Below are positions 1 through 9,269 of a stretch of 36,430 nucleotides of DNA, piece by piece. Positions within the stretch are counted from its first letter, which is position 1. The number at the start of each line of letters is the position of its first letter. The DNA is from a virus, in IMG/VR virus record IMGVR_UViG_3300045988_013705. The stretch is one strand, 5' to 3'. Both the position numbers and the translations under genes were made by a program. The notes under the pieces were generated by a model. That model did not search any database and had not been told where the DNA came from. It was given only the letters and a program-made list of their open reading frames with translations.

Positions 1-69
1 CCTGAGGGCCAGTAGCACCCTTAGGGCCAGTATCACCCTTAGGACCCTGAGGGCCAGTAGCACCCTTAG
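1..69 (-). repeat. Collagen-like Gly-X-Y coding tandem repeat (45-nt unit); continuation of the repeat at 36291-36430.
   Basis: Positions 1-71 are identical to 36358-36428. The unit is cctgagggccagtagcacccttagggccagtatcacccttaggac, and its rc encodes [15 protein letters not shown]. Confidence 0.9.
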
Positions 70-1137
70 GGATAGTGAAGTCAAGCACAACGTCCTTAGC
101 CGTCCCGGAATTCACGACGCTAGCCTGCGTACCCGGCGCACCCGTCGTGGTCTTACCAATCTTCAGCGTATTCCCGCCAGTGCCGATAGGCGTGACGCCA
201 ATATACTTGCCTCCGCTAGCATACCAGACGGCATTCAGCGAAAGCTCGTAGGTAGCCGCATGGTCAGGTAGCTTGCTGCGATGGAATCGCAGAGTACACC
301 CGTCGTCTTGTCTATCGATGTAAAACTTCTGGCAATCCGATGTTTCCGACGTGTCACCGGAGGCACCCCCATTCATGTTGTCCGTCGAAATCCTGTAGTA
401 TCCAGTGCCACTGCCGGAAGTATAGTCGAAAAGTTCCTTGTCCGGGCAATATTTTTTATCGATTTTGCATAGACTGTATGTCTGATCGTTTCTGGTGCTG
501 AGGGTAAGAGAGCCGTAGGCGTGAGCGTGGACAAGCGCGGTCAGCGGGTCATATGTCAGTCGCACGTGGATAGTGTCCACGCTGTTAAGAGTGACATCCT
601 CGCTGTAAATCGTGGTCGGTTTGCTGCTCGCGCCGACAAGCCCGCTGATATCCTCGGCTGTCTTGGTCAGAGCATCAGCCTTGGCGGTCAGCGACGAGGA
701 AAGATTGCCAAATTTTTTCTCGATCGATGCAGTGTATTGGTCATACAGTGTGCGGTCATCAGCGCTTGCCGCCGAATCACGGCTCATACTGGCCGCTTCC
801 ACATCAATGATGAAATTCTGCGTGCCGACAGGGTTCCCATCCGCATCGAAAATCACCAATTCCGCCGCGTGCTTGCCAGCGTACTTGGTCATCTCCTGCG
901 AGATAGTGAAGCTCACCTTGCTACCGGTGCCAACCGCGCAAGTGCTGGAAAACTCAACGCCATCGCTTCGAGTACCGTCAACGCGAGCCACCATGCCATC
1001 GATCTGCGCCAATTCGTGCCCGTCGTAAACCGTTAACACGATAGTACGCGAGCCGGTATCGAATTGGCTCATTTTCACTACCGGATACTCGCCCGTAGCC
1101 TTCAAGTCAATATCATATTCTTGAGTAATAACGCTCA
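1..1137 (-). CDS. Tail fibre / baseplate upper protein (BppU-like N-domain), N-terminal part. The 3' end runs off the window at position 1 inside collagen-like repeats.
   Basis: ATG at 1137 follows AGGAGGA (rc of 1141-1147). My translation starts MSVITQEYDIDLKATGEYPVVKMSQFDTGSRTIVLTVYDGHELAQIDGMVARVDG and stays open for exactly 379 codons to position 1. It ends ...[24 protein letters not shown]. The ORF is absent from the track because it has no stop inside the window. Confidence 0.8.
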
Positions 1138-1147
1138 TAATATCCTC

Positions 1148-1870
1148 CTAAATCCATCGTGAATAGTCTTCGATGGTGAGACTATGAACAGTCCCACTCC
1201 ATTTTATCGAATGTTTGCCGGGAGCCAGCGCAAGCCGCTGATAGTCGCCGGTAATCAGCCGGTTCATCAAAGTTCCTTCAGGCGTTGACGCTTCGAGATT
1301 AGCCACGTCCACAATCAGCGTATAGTCTCCAGTATTCGTAACGCTGAGAATCTGCGAGCCGTCCAAGTAAATGCCGATATTGCCGCTAGCCTTGATTGTG
1401 AGCTTCGGAGCCGCGACCACATTACCGGCATTAGTCACCACCGCTTGCACATCGGCGCTAGTAAACACCTTCGGACGCTGGAGCCGCCCAGCCTTGAATG
1501 GCTGGACATGCAATTTAATATCAGCCGTCCGATACCTTACAAGCCGATCGAAGTCGATGGAATCCAATTGCTGGAATCGGTACACCTTGTCAGGCTCATT
1601 ACTGAAGGTGATAGTCCCGCTAGTGGCAAAAAACTCGATAACCTTGTCAATGTCAAAGTTTCCGTGCAGCCCGACGCTTACCGTCTTGTCGTAAGACTGA
1701 TAGCCAAGCGTGGTGATAATGTCGCCGTCCCTACCGTCGATTTCCTCGCTCGAATACCGCATCTTCGGCTTGGTGATCGGCGGTAGCGACGTGACAATCA
1801 ATCCGTCCACACCATACGAAGGCATGCCGTTGATCAGCACCCAAGGACGCTGATAGCCGAAACCTTTCAT
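1148..1870 (-). CDS. Distal tail protein (Dit, siphovirus tail family).
   Basis: 240-aa ORF with RBS AGGAGGA. It lies directly downstream of the tape measure gene. Sequence and size are typical of the Sipho_tail family. Confidence 0.75.
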   Translation of the reverse strand: MKGFGYQRPWVLINGMPSYGVDGLIVTSLPPITKPKMRYSSEEIDGRDGDIITTLGYQSYDKTVSVGLHGNFDIDKVIEFFATSGTITFSNEPDKVYRFQQLDSIDFDRLVRYRTADIKLHVQPFKAGRLQRPKVFTSADVQAVVTNAGNVVAAPKLTIKASGNIGIYLDGSQILSVTNTGDYTLIVDVANLEASTPEGTLMNRLITGDYQRLALAPGKHSIKWSGTVHSLTIEDYSRWI

Positions 1871-1883
1871 AATCTCAATCCTC

Positions 1884-4448
1884 CTAACCGCGATAGATTG
1901 CCGCTGCCACAGTCTTGGTCACAAAACGTCCAGCCACTTCGTCATCAAGCACCACGCGAACATTCTGCAATGCTTCCACGATAGCGTCCACGATATTAGC
2001 CTGAGCCCCATAGCCGTAACCATTGGAAGCCGCCTGAGCCGCTGAAACACCACCCAGATCGTACGTCTGTGCGAAAGCATCAGAGCTGGGCATTGCATCA
2101 ATCATCTGCTTAGACACATTGCCCATTTCGTCCTCGAAGCCGACCCCGATACCTTCGGCAAGATACTTGCCGACTTCATCGCGCATCAAGCGTGAAGGCG
2201 AGTGGATTCCGAAGAAGCCCTTGATGTCCTGCATGATCCCGGAAACCCAGCCGCTGACCTTGTCACGCAGCCAGCCAATGGAATTGCTGATGCCTTCCCA
2301 AACGCCAGTGACTATATTCCTTCCGATGCTGATCACTTGTCCGGGAGCTTCACGCAACGCGCTGACGATATTTCGCACGACGTTTCTAGCGCCGCTCACG
2401 ACATTGCCGATACCCCTCACGATACCGGCAGCAAGCTGCACCATCATCTGCAAGCCCGTGCTGATGATCTCAGGCAAATGCGCGCTGAGCGTGCTCACGA
2501 TCTGCATGACAATCTGCGGTTGCATCGCAATCAGCTGGGGGATAGCCTGAGTGATACCCCCAATTAGGGCAAGCAGAATCTGAATACCGGCAGTGATAAG
2601 CAACGGAAGATTATCCAGCAGAGTGTCCGTTATCTGCATCACGATACCGGGAAGCATCTGGATAAGCTCTGGCAGCGCCTGAATCAAGCCCTGCGCAAGC
2701 CCCATAAGCAACTCCATACCAGCCTGCAATATCAGCGGCAGATTCTGCAAAATCACGTCCACGATCTGCCGAACAATCGTCGGCAACATCGTAATCAGCT
2801 GCGGCAGCGCCTGAGCAAAGCCCTGAATCAGCATCGTCAGCATCTGCATACCAGCATCAAGCAGTTGAGGCAAGAGCGTGAGGATTGCTTGCACGATCTG
2901 CGGCAAGGCGGCAGTCAACGCACTCATGATCTGCGGGAGTGCCGCGACAATCGCCTGCACCACCTGAGACAGGCCATTGACGATATTCGGTACCTGAGCC
3001 GTGATAAGCGGCAACAATTGCGTCGTGATCATGTTCACGGCTTGTGGCAGCAATTGCACGGCAGACTGCACCATGCCGTTAATCAAAGGCGCGATGCGCG
3101 GCATGATATTCGACGCGAAAGTATTGACCGAATCAACAAGATTGTTGATTAAGCCGTCCATATTCGCGCCACTATCGGACATCCCGGCGAGAAGATTCTG
3201 CCAGCTAGCCTTCATGGCGTTCATCGAGCCTTCGATGGTCGTGGACGCTTCCTTGGCCGTCGTGCCGGTGATGCCCATTTGCGTCTGCACGGCATGGATA
3301 GCCTTCACCGTATCGCCAAAATCACCGATCGTGTAGTGCTCGCCGGTCAGCTTCTCAGCGTCCGCCATGAGACGCTCCATCTCAGACTTCGTACCACCAT
3401 AGCCGAGCTTCAAATTGTCAAGCATCGCATAATTGCCACGAGCCAAGCTCTGGTATGTCTGCTGGATACTCTCAATATCCGTGCCCATCTTGTTAGCATT
3501 ATCGGACATATCCTGCACAGCGGTATTACCAAGCTCAGCCGCCGCCTTCGTGTCACCACCAAGCGACTGGATCAGCGACGCCGAAAAGCCCGTGACGGTA
3601 TTCATGTACTCGTTAGCGCTCATACCAGCCGCCTTATAGGCGTTATTAGCGTAATCCTGCACGATCCCAGCGGAATCCTTGAAAAGCGTCTGCACGCCGC
3701 CCACAAGCTGCTCATTCTGCGAGTAAGCCTCGATAGCCTGCTTGCCGACATTCAGGACAGCGGAACCAAGCTGCTTAAGCCCATTGACAGCAGCACCAAT
3801 CGCACTCGTCGCAAGATTCGCCAGCACATTCTTGAAGACGGTATACCCGCCGCTAGCTTCCTGCGCCTGCCTACCACTCTTAGCAGCTTCCCCGCCAAGC
3901 TCACTAGCAGCCTTGCCCGCCTTATCCATATCAGGCGACAAGCTCTTGATCTCACTATCCGTCTTGTTGATATCCGCCTGCGCATTATTCATCTGCGTGC
4001 GCATCTTGCTCATGGCGATCCCATTGGCATTGACAGCAGCCGAAGACTTATCCACATCACGAGCTAAATTCGCCACGACTTTCGCCTGCGCCTGATACTC
4101 AGGTGATGTTTTGCCAAGCGTCGCTTCGATCTGCGCCAGCTTCTGCTTCTCAGCATCATAGCTTGCGACAAGCTCCTTATGCTTCGTATTGTTCGCAGTG
4201 TACTGCGCACTCATGGCTCGATACTGCGAGGTAAGGACGCTCAGTTTTTCCTTCTGCACAGCCATCTTGTTATTCAGCGCTTCAGTCCGTGCCGTCAATG
4301 CCGCCTGCGAATTGTCGCTCTTTGCATACTGGGAGCTGACCACCTTCATCTGTGAGCCGACCTCACGCAGATTCTGCGAGATACGCGCCAACGCCGCGCG
4401 ATATTCGCTCTCGCCCTGTAACTTAATCGCCCCGCCAAAACCTGACAC
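1884..4448 (-). CDS. Tape measure protein.
   Basis: 854 aa with a GTG start after AGGAGG. It has an N-terminal coiled-coil Q/A/K-rich region, a central hydrophobic repeat block, and sits downstream of the G/GT chaperones. Confidence 0.9.
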   Translation of the reverse strand: MSGFGGAIKLQGESEYRAALARISQNLREVGSQMKVVSSQYAKSDNSQAALTARTEALNNKMAVQKEKLSVLTSQYRAMSAQYTANNTKHKELVASYDAEKQKLAQIEATLGKTSPEYQAQAKVVANLARDVDKSSAAVNANGIAMSKMRTQMNNAQADINKTDSEIKSLSPDMDKAGKAASELGGEAAKSGRQAQEASGGYTVFKNVLANLATSAIGAAVNGLKQLGSAVLNVGKQAIEAYSQNEQLVGGVQTLFKDSAGIVQDYANNAYKAAGMSANEYMNTVTGFSASLIQSLGGDTKAAAELGNTAVQDMSDNANKMGTDIESIQQTYQSLARGNYAMLDNLKLGYGGTKSEMERLMADAEKLTGEHYTIGDFGDTVKAIHAVQTQMGITGTTAKEASTTIEGSMNAMKASWQNLLAGMSDSGANMDGLINNLVDSVNTFASNIMPRIAPLINGMVQSAVQLLPQAVNMITTQLLPLITAQVPNIVNGLSQVVQAIVAALPQIMSALTAALPQIVQAILTLLPQLLDAGMQMLTMLIQGFAQALPQLITMLPTIVRQIVDVILQNLPLILQAGMELLMGLAQGLIQALPELIQMLPGIVMQITDTLLDNLPLLITAGIQILLALIGGITQAIPQLIAMQPQIVMQIVSTLSAHLPEIISTGLQMMVQLAAGIVRGIGNVVSGARNVVRNIVSALREAPGQVISIGRNIVTGVWEGISNSIGWLRDKVSGWVSGIMQDIKGFFGIHSPSRLMRDEVGKYLAEGIGVGFEDEMGNVSKQMIDAMPSSDAFAQTYDLGGVSAAQAASNGYGYGAQANIVDAIVEALQNVRVVLDDEVAGRFVTKTVAAAIYRG
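2409..2873 (-). repeat. Internal repeats of about 44 aa (132 nt) in the tape measure gene.
   Basis: Three repeat units are visible: LPQLLDAGMQMLTMLIQGFAQALPQLITMLPTIVRQIVDVILQN, LPLILQAGMELLMGLAQGLIQALPELIQMLPGIVMQITDTLLDN and LPLLITAGIQILLALIGGITQAIPQLIAMQPQIVMQIVSTLSAH. Coordinates are approximate, derived from residue counting. Confidence 0.7.
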
Positions 4449-4460
4449 CTAAAACACCTC

Positions 4461-4718
4461 CTAGAACCATTCCTCTTCTTGTTCTTGCTTGCGTTTCATA
4501 GCCGAATACGTCGTATTACCAGCCCTCAACATGTTTTCTATGTCGAATACCTGTTGGTACGCCGCATATCTCGCCATGAAGTCCTTGAGCGTCAAACGCA
4601 TAACCTCACGATCTGAAGAAAGCCCAAGCCTTGCCCGGCCAATGAACAATATCCACGCGAAATCAATGGCCGGGTCTTGGTCAAAGTACACGTCATCGTC
4701 GTGGATTATTCGTTTTTT
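4461..4718 (-). CDS. Frameshift extension (T part) of the tail assembly chaperone; expressed as a G-T fusion by -1 frameshifting.
   Basis: The -1 frame is open from the slippery heptamer and reads KKRIIHDDDVYFDQDPAIDFAWILFIGRARLG... This matches the track ORF 4461-4691. It lies between the chaperone and the tape measure, as in the lambda gpG/gpGT arrangement. Confidence 0.75.
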   Translation of the reverse strand, partial: KKRIIHDDDVYFDQDPAIDFAWILFIGRARLGLSSDREVMRLTLKDFMARYAAYQQVFDIENMLRAGNTTYSAMKRKQEQEEEWF

Positions 4719-5053
4719 GAGCCATCCTCGGTGGAGCTAACCACGATCCCCTGCATCTGCTTCGTAATCGCGTCCATACCGACAGTGCCGATCAGTCGAC
4801 CGACCTGCTTGAGCGTGAGCGGCTTAATGTCGGTACCATTGTCTTCATTGTCGATGTCGATGCCCTCGTTGATCATTGCGGCAAAGCCGAAGATGACGGC
4901 CTTGGCATTCGGCTCGCCATTCTCTCCTTCTGTCTGCTTACCCCACTCGTCAAGAGAGCCATACTCCTCTTGGATTGCCTGCATGACATTGAGGTTGAAA
5001 GCAAGGTGATACTCGTTCCCCTTGTAGATAATCGCATCATTCTTCTTAGTCAT
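4706..5053 (-). CDS. Tail assembly chaperone (gpG-like).
   Basis: 115-aa acidic protein between the major tail and tape measure genes, with a slippery site near its 3' end. Confidence 0.8.
   Translation of the reverse strand: MTKKNDAIIYKGNEYHLAFNLNVMQAIQEEYGSLDEWGKQTEGENGEPNAKAVIFGFAAMINEGIDIDNEDNGTDIKPLTLKQVGRLIGTVGMDAITKQMQGIVVSSTEDGSKNE
4712..4718 (-). other. Programmed -1 ribosomal frameshift slippery heptamer A_AAA_AAC.
   Basis: The rc of gtttttt at 4712-4718 is aaaaaac, read in the zero frame as tc-A AAA AAC, four codons before the chaperone stop. Confidence 0.75.
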
Positions 5054-5154
5054 AATTTCCTCCTAAAAGTAAGGGCATGACATTCCCATGCCATGCCCTA
5101 ATTATCTCACGAAAAGGTCAGCCCCAAGAGCCGGTAGTGGTGACGTTCCCAGCC

Positions 5155-5721
5155 TTATTTGCCTTTGGAGGGTGTCAGCTTACCCTTGACCCACGTGACA
5201 GCAGCAGCCTTCGTGTCAAATACCTGCGCAGCCGACCAAGCGCCATTAGCCAGCGTTGCGGCAGTACCCTCGATCTCAGGCGTGGAGAATTCCATGGATT
5301 CGCCCTTGGTGTCGTCCTCCTGAGACGGCTCAGCGAAGCGCACCTTATAAAGGAATTCGCCCTTATACACGTACTTGCCGTTGACCATCTTGGTCACGAT
5401 ACGCCCAAGACCGACCCAAGGCGCTGCATCATCAGCGGAACGCACCATTTCGCTGCCAGTCTCAGCCACCTTATGACCGAGGATCTCAGCGAAGACTGTC
5501 ATATCATCATCAGCGACACCAAGCGTCACCTTCGCATTTTGAAAGCTATTATCGGATTCCACGAGCACATCATCGGCGTAAAGCGTCGCGTCATTCGTGG
5601 ACACGTCAACCTTGGCCGAGATAGCCTTACCGAAGGACTTTGCACCAGCATAAGATGCGGTACCGTCAGGGCCCTCTGTAAGGATTCCATACCACAGATT
5701 TGTCAATCCGATTTGTGCCAT
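5155..5721 (-). CDS. Major tail protein (phi13-type).
   Basis: MAQIGLTNLWYGILTEG... The ATG at 5721 lies 9 nt after AAAGGAG (the track start at 5727 is GTG). Position is upstream of the chaperones. Confidence 0.8.
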   Translation of the reverse strand: MAQIGLTNLWYGILTEGPDGTASYAGAKSFGKAISAKVDVSTNDATLYADDVLVESDNSFQNAKVTLGVADDDMTVFAEILGHKVAETGSEMVRSADDAAPWVGLGRIVTKMVNGKYVYKGEFLYKVRFAEPSQEDDTKGESMEFSTPEIEGTAATLANGAWSAAQVFDTKAAAVTWVKGKLTPSKGK

Positions 5722-5723
5722 TT

Positions 5724-6071
5724 TCACCAGCTCCTTTCACGAGCAAAATTAAGAGTGACATGGTAGTATCCGGTATCGGATTCGTACATGTCCCATTGGC
5801 TACGGGACGGTTGCCACGTCCACCCCGCTTCATTTAGTTTATCTCGTACCGCATCCGCGATAGCGAGATAGTTTGACTTTGAATAAACGTCAAAATCATA
5901 GTACGTCACCCATGCTTGGATACGGTCATCGGCGGCATACGAATTATCATCATCCTCGCGCGAAAACACCACGTAAGGCTCACCATGCCCATCATAATGC
6001 TGGAACGCCACAGGGATGACCTTGCCGCCTACCGCGAAGCCTTTGAACAGGTTTAGAATCTCTTCATTCAA
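5724..6071 (-). CDS. Tail terminator / tail completion protein (SPP1 gp17-like position).
   Basis: 115-aa ORF between the HK97 gp10-like gene and the major tail gene. Confidence 0.55.
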   Translation of the reverse strand: MNEEILNLFKGFAVGGKVIPVAFQHYDGHGEPYVVFSREDDDNSYAADDRIQAWVTYYDFDVYSKSNYLAIADAVRDKLNEAGWTWQPSRSQWDMYESDTGYYHVTLNFARERSW

Positions 6072-6075
6072 GCTC

Positions 6076-6495
6076 TCACCCCTTCGGAATATACTTGTCC
6101 TGCACTTTTTGCATCGCCGCTTCGATTTCCTGCTTTTTGAAGCTCTTGCGCATGAACGGGTGCTTTTTCACTGTGCTAGTACTACGCCCGTATTCCATGA
6201 CATTGCATACAAGTGGAGCGGGAACCGTATCGCCAGCCTTGTTCACGAAATAACCGTAGAACGCAACCTTGGTATTCACACCATCATCAGAAGGTGTCCG
6301 GTATACTCGCGTTATCTTCAAGCAGGACATGATATCGGAATCACGGAAGCTAGGCGGGACATTCGCCTGCACGCTCTTCAACACGGCTTCAGCGCCCGCC
6401 TGCGTCATCTCGCCCAGCATCTTCTGAGTATCGGCGCCCAACTGTTCAAATGTCTTTATCAGCTCTTCAGGCATTGCCGCATCGAACTGAGCCAT
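6076..6495 (-). CDS. HK97 gp10-family neck / tail-component protein.
   Basis: 139 aa, with its start overlapping the stop of the upstream gene. It ends with a ...KKHPFMRKSFKK... motif typical of the HK97 gp10 family. Confidence 0.65.
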   Translation of the reverse strand: MAQFDAAMPEELIKTFEQLGADTQKMLGEMTQAGAEAVLKSVQANVPPSFRDSDIMSCLKITRVYRTPSDDGVNTKVAFYGYFVNKAGDTVPAPLVCNVMEYGRSTSTVKKHPFMRKSFKKQEIEAAMQKVQDKYIPKG

Positions 6496-6824
6496 CAGTG
6501 TGTCACCGCCTTCGCTTGAAGCTCAATCTCTATATTCGCTTCATTAACATTATTTACGTATTCGATAGTGTAGGCCTTACCATTGTATTCGATAAGCATA
6601 TCCCGGTCGATAGTCGTATTGCCGGGATACCTGATCGTGAAATTCGTCAAAGCTTTTTCAAAGTCACTGTCATTCTGAATCAGTGTAAAGCCTCTGGTTG
6701 TCTTGACGTGAGCGTAAGGCTCTAAGATTACCTCGCGGCTGGACGTTGGGAACCCATCTTTATCAGTGGTCTGCACGTCCTTGACAATCCTGATTCTGTG
6801 ATCGTACCGTCCTGCGTTAATCAT
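6495..6824 (-). CDS. Head closure / head-tail joining protein (SPP1 gp16-like).
   Basis: 109 aa starting MINAGRYDHRIRI..., with a pattern typical of head-tail adaptor proteins. Confidence 0.7.
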   Translation of the reverse strand: MINAGRYDHRIRIVKDVQTTDKDGFPTSSREVILEPYAHVKTTRGFTLIQNDSDFEKALTNFTIRYPGNTTIDRDMLIEYNGKAYTIEYVNNVNEANIEIELQAKAVTH

Positions 6825-7140
6825 CGTTGCTCACCTCAGACGGTAAAAGATTGATACTGTGCATATCTAGGATTGATTGCACAGTGTGATTCTGTTTAGT
6901 AGAATCAACATACATAGAGCGGTTATCGTACATGTCCTGAGCCAAGCAGAGCGCGGCAACCACCATATCCGGTGATTCATCAAGTTGCGCCGCGCTCAAC
7001 CCAGTGTATTTAGCCATGTACGACGGTACAGCCTTGATGATGGCGGCAAGCAGAGTATTATCAGCTTCGGACGGGTCAGCTACACGAAGATAATCGGCGA
7101 GCGCCTGTACCGTGATATCCGATACCTTACTGATCTCCAT
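6817..7140 (-). CDS. Head-tail connector (gp6-like, Phage_connect_1 type).
   Basis: 107 aa containing ...LADYLRV...EADNTLLAAIIKAVPSYMAKYTG..., typical of gp6-like connectors. Confidence 0.7.
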   Translation of the reverse strand: MEISKVSDITVQALADYLRVADPSEADNTLLAAIIKAVPSYMAKYTGLSAAQLDESPDMVVAALCLAQDMYDNRSMYVDSTKQNHTVQSILDMHSINLLPSEVSNDD

Positions 7141-7163
7141 TCAAACCACCACCATCATCTAGA

Positions 7164-7448
7164 CTATTCTTCGGTTTCCGTTGCGGTTTTCTTAGTCCTG
7201 CCACGCTTCGGCTTGACTTCCTCAACGCTAGCCGGTTCCTCAGTTTCCACCACTTCAGCAGGCTTTTCAGTTTCCACCACTTCAGTGGGCTTCTCAGCTT
7301 CCACCACTTCAGCAGGCTTGCCGATTTCCTCCACGTAGCCAGCCTGCAACAAGTCAGCTACGATAGCGTCATCATCGACATTTCGCATCTCGCCAACACG
7401 CATGCTGATGATGCCGCTAAAGGATGTGAGAGCCTTAATCTCATGCAC
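7164..7448 (-). CDS. Hypothetical head-region protein with an acidic 9-aa repeat tail.
   Basis: 94 aa with a GTG start overlapping the capsid stop. The C-terminal half is KPAEVVEAE/KPTEVVETE/KPAEVVETE followed by KPKRGRTKK. Confidence 0.5.
   Translation of the reverse strand: MHEIKALTSFSGIISMRVGEMRNVDDDAIVADLLQAGYVEEIGKPAEVVEAEKPTEVVETEKPAEVVETEEPASVEEVKPKRGRTKKTATETEE
7240..7320 (-). repeat. Coding tandem repeat, 3 x 27 nt.
   Basis: The three units are tcagtttccaccacttcagcaggcttt, tcagtttccaccacttcagtgggcttc and tcagcttccaccacttcagcaggcttg. Confidence 0.9.
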
Positions 7449-8601
7449 TTGCCATCACCAGCTTCGCCAGCTTCTGAGCGTCCTGCACCTTCGCGTCAAA
7501 CTCGAACCACGCCACGACACCGGTCGCGTGTTCGTCCGCGTACTTTTCGCGCAGAATCTGCGTAGAAATATCCTCGCTGAACTTGACGGCAAGGCCGGTC
7601 ATGTCACCGTAGTAGATGACGGTCTTATCGCCAGCTATGTCAGCCATGTTATCGGACACGTAGACAGGCTTGCCAAGCAGCGTGGAACCGAATGGAGCCG
7701 TGATGTCATCCTGAAGCATGTAATGACCATCGCTGCCCTTCAACAAGCGGAGAGCAGTGCGGGTAGCCGGTGACATGATGAAGATGGCGTTCTTCTGGTA
7801 CACGTCCTTGACGGCATCCTTCAGCTTCACAACCTCGTCGGCGGTGATGGCAGTCGCGGCAGCGGCAGTCAGCTTGTTGTCAAGAGTGGACAGGCCAGTG
7901 ACCTTGGAAGCCGTGCCGTTAAGCAGCTCGCCCTCGATGAATCGTGCGATATCCTCGCCCATCTGATTGGTGACGAAGGACACGATATCAAATTGTGCGT
8001 TGTTAATCAGCGAATTGCTGATCTTGGAGAGAGCGCCAGCGAGGAAGCCGCCAAGCTCGATGCTCTTAAACTCTCCATTGCTGGATGCAATCGGGCTGAA
8101 CTCCGTCTGATACGCGACCTTGATGGAAGAAGTGGACGTATCATAGTAAGGAAGCTGGAGCTTGCCCTTGGTGTTGTAACGCTGCGCCTTCTCAAGCACA
8201 GGGCTAACGTCGTACACCTTCTTGATGATCTGGTTGGCGATAGAAGTAGGAATCACAGCACCGTTATCGGTGAGCGTCAGCTCGCCAGCACGCTCCTGCA
8301 TCACCTTGTCACCGCGAATGTAAGCCTCGAACGCGCGAAGCTCTCGTGCTTCGGTATCCTGCGGCTTATCGCCGTTGTCGCCCATCGGCTTCGCTTCCTC
8401 CTTCGGCTGCTTATCAGCAGCACCCAGCTCGTCGTTAATCTTCAGAGCTTCCTTAATCTTGCGCACGTCATCACGGATTTCAGCCAGCTCAGCAGCCTCG
8501 TCATCGGTCAGCTCACGTTTCTCGGCTTCCGCGCCCTTGAGGATTTCCTCGGCGCGGGTAACCCGCTCATTCTTACGTTCAATCATGTTCTTCAGCTGCA
8601 T
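7441..8601 (-). CDS. Major capsid protein (HK97 family) with an N-terminal scaffold-like delta domain.
   Basis: 386 aa with RBS AAAGGAGG. The N-terminal part is a charged coiled coil, and the gene lies directly downstream of the prohead protease. Confidence 0.9.
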   Translation of the reverse strand: MQLKNMIERKNERVTRAEEILKGAEAEKRELTDDEAAELAEIRDDVRKIKEALKINDELGAADKQPKEEAKPMGDNGDKPQDTEARELRAFEAYIRGDKVMQERAGELTLTDNGAVIPTSIANQIIKKVYDVSPVLEKAQRYNTKGKLQLPYYDTSTSSIKVAYQTEFSPIASSNGEFKSIELGGFLAGALSKISNSLINNAQFDIVSFVTNQMGEDIARFIEGELLNGTASKVTGLSTLDNKLTAAAATAITADEVVKLKDAVKDVYQKNAIFIMSPATRTALRLLKGSDGHYMLQDDITAPFGSTLLGKPVYVSDNMADIAGDKTVIYYGDMTGLAVKFSEDISTQILREKYADEHATGVVAWFEFDAKVQDAQKLAKLVMASA

Positions 8602-8603
8602 GA

Positions 8604-9269
8604 TTAATCCTCCTTTAATTCAGCAATGAGCTTTTCCCATTTGCCGTAATCAATTGTACTATTCGTTTCTTCGGAATCATCACGCTTTTCAACGTGCTTT
8701 TCCTCAGTATCATCAGCCGGTTCATCACCGGTTTTCTCTTCGATGATTTCCGGCTTATCATCGGTCATCGGCTCACCTGAATTAATGCTCACCGCGTCAC
8801 CGTCAGCGTCACGAGCCTGAATCAGCGTACCGTCATACGCCGGAACCTTCGATCGGTCAAGGATTGACACCTCAAACAGATCCAAATCATTCACGTCACG
8901 GGTCATCATACCGTCTACATCGTGGGTATCGACTTTCAAATCGGTGAAACCGAAACTCCAGCCGACAAGATCACCATGCTTGGCTTTCTCGATAACGTCA
9001 GCATCGGTAATCACGGCACGCGCACGCAAACCGATATTATCCTCATGCAATTCGAGATTCCCCTGCTTCGTACTGCCAAGGTCACGCGAATAATCATGAT
9101 TCAGCAACACATGGATATCGTCGTTGCGTTCGATGGCACGCTTGAACGCTCCAGCCTTGATGCGCTCACGGAACTTGCCGACACGCGAATTAAGCGGCTT
9201 AGACAAGCGTTCCACAGCGTTCACATAGCCATCGATTTCGACGCTATCCTCACGAATATTGATTTTCAT
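8604..9269 (-). CDS. Prohead protease (HK97 / S78 family).
   Basis: Contains MKINIREDSVEIDGYVNAVERLSKPL...LLNHD...GWSFGF. Position is between the portal and capsid genes. Confidence 0.85.
   Translation of the reverse strand: MKINIREDSVEIDGYVNAVERLSKPLNSRVGKFRERIKAGAFKRAIERNDDIHVLLNHDYSRDLGSTKQGNLELHEDNIGLRARAVITDADVIEKAKHGDLVGWSFGFTDLKVDTHDVDGMMTRDVNDLDLFEVSILDRSKVPAYDGTLIQARDADGDAVSINSGEPMTDDKPEIIEEKTGDEPADDTEEKHVEKRDDSEETNSTIDYGKWEKLIAELKED

Noticed and set aside
281-1036. Plus-strand ORFs 281-472, 521-1036 and 612-1028.
   Set aside because: They lie antisense to the well-supported fibre N-terminal ORF (RBS, 379 open codons). They use GTG or TTG starts without an RBS, and their composition is Arg/Ser/Ala-rich, as expected for antisense frames.
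2119-4452. Many plus- and minus-strand ORFs nested in the tape measure gene (for example 3279-4067 +, 3742-4095 +).
   Set aside because: All are shadow frames of the 854-aa tape measure ORF. They have low-complexity Arg/Leu/Ser-rich translations and no RBS.
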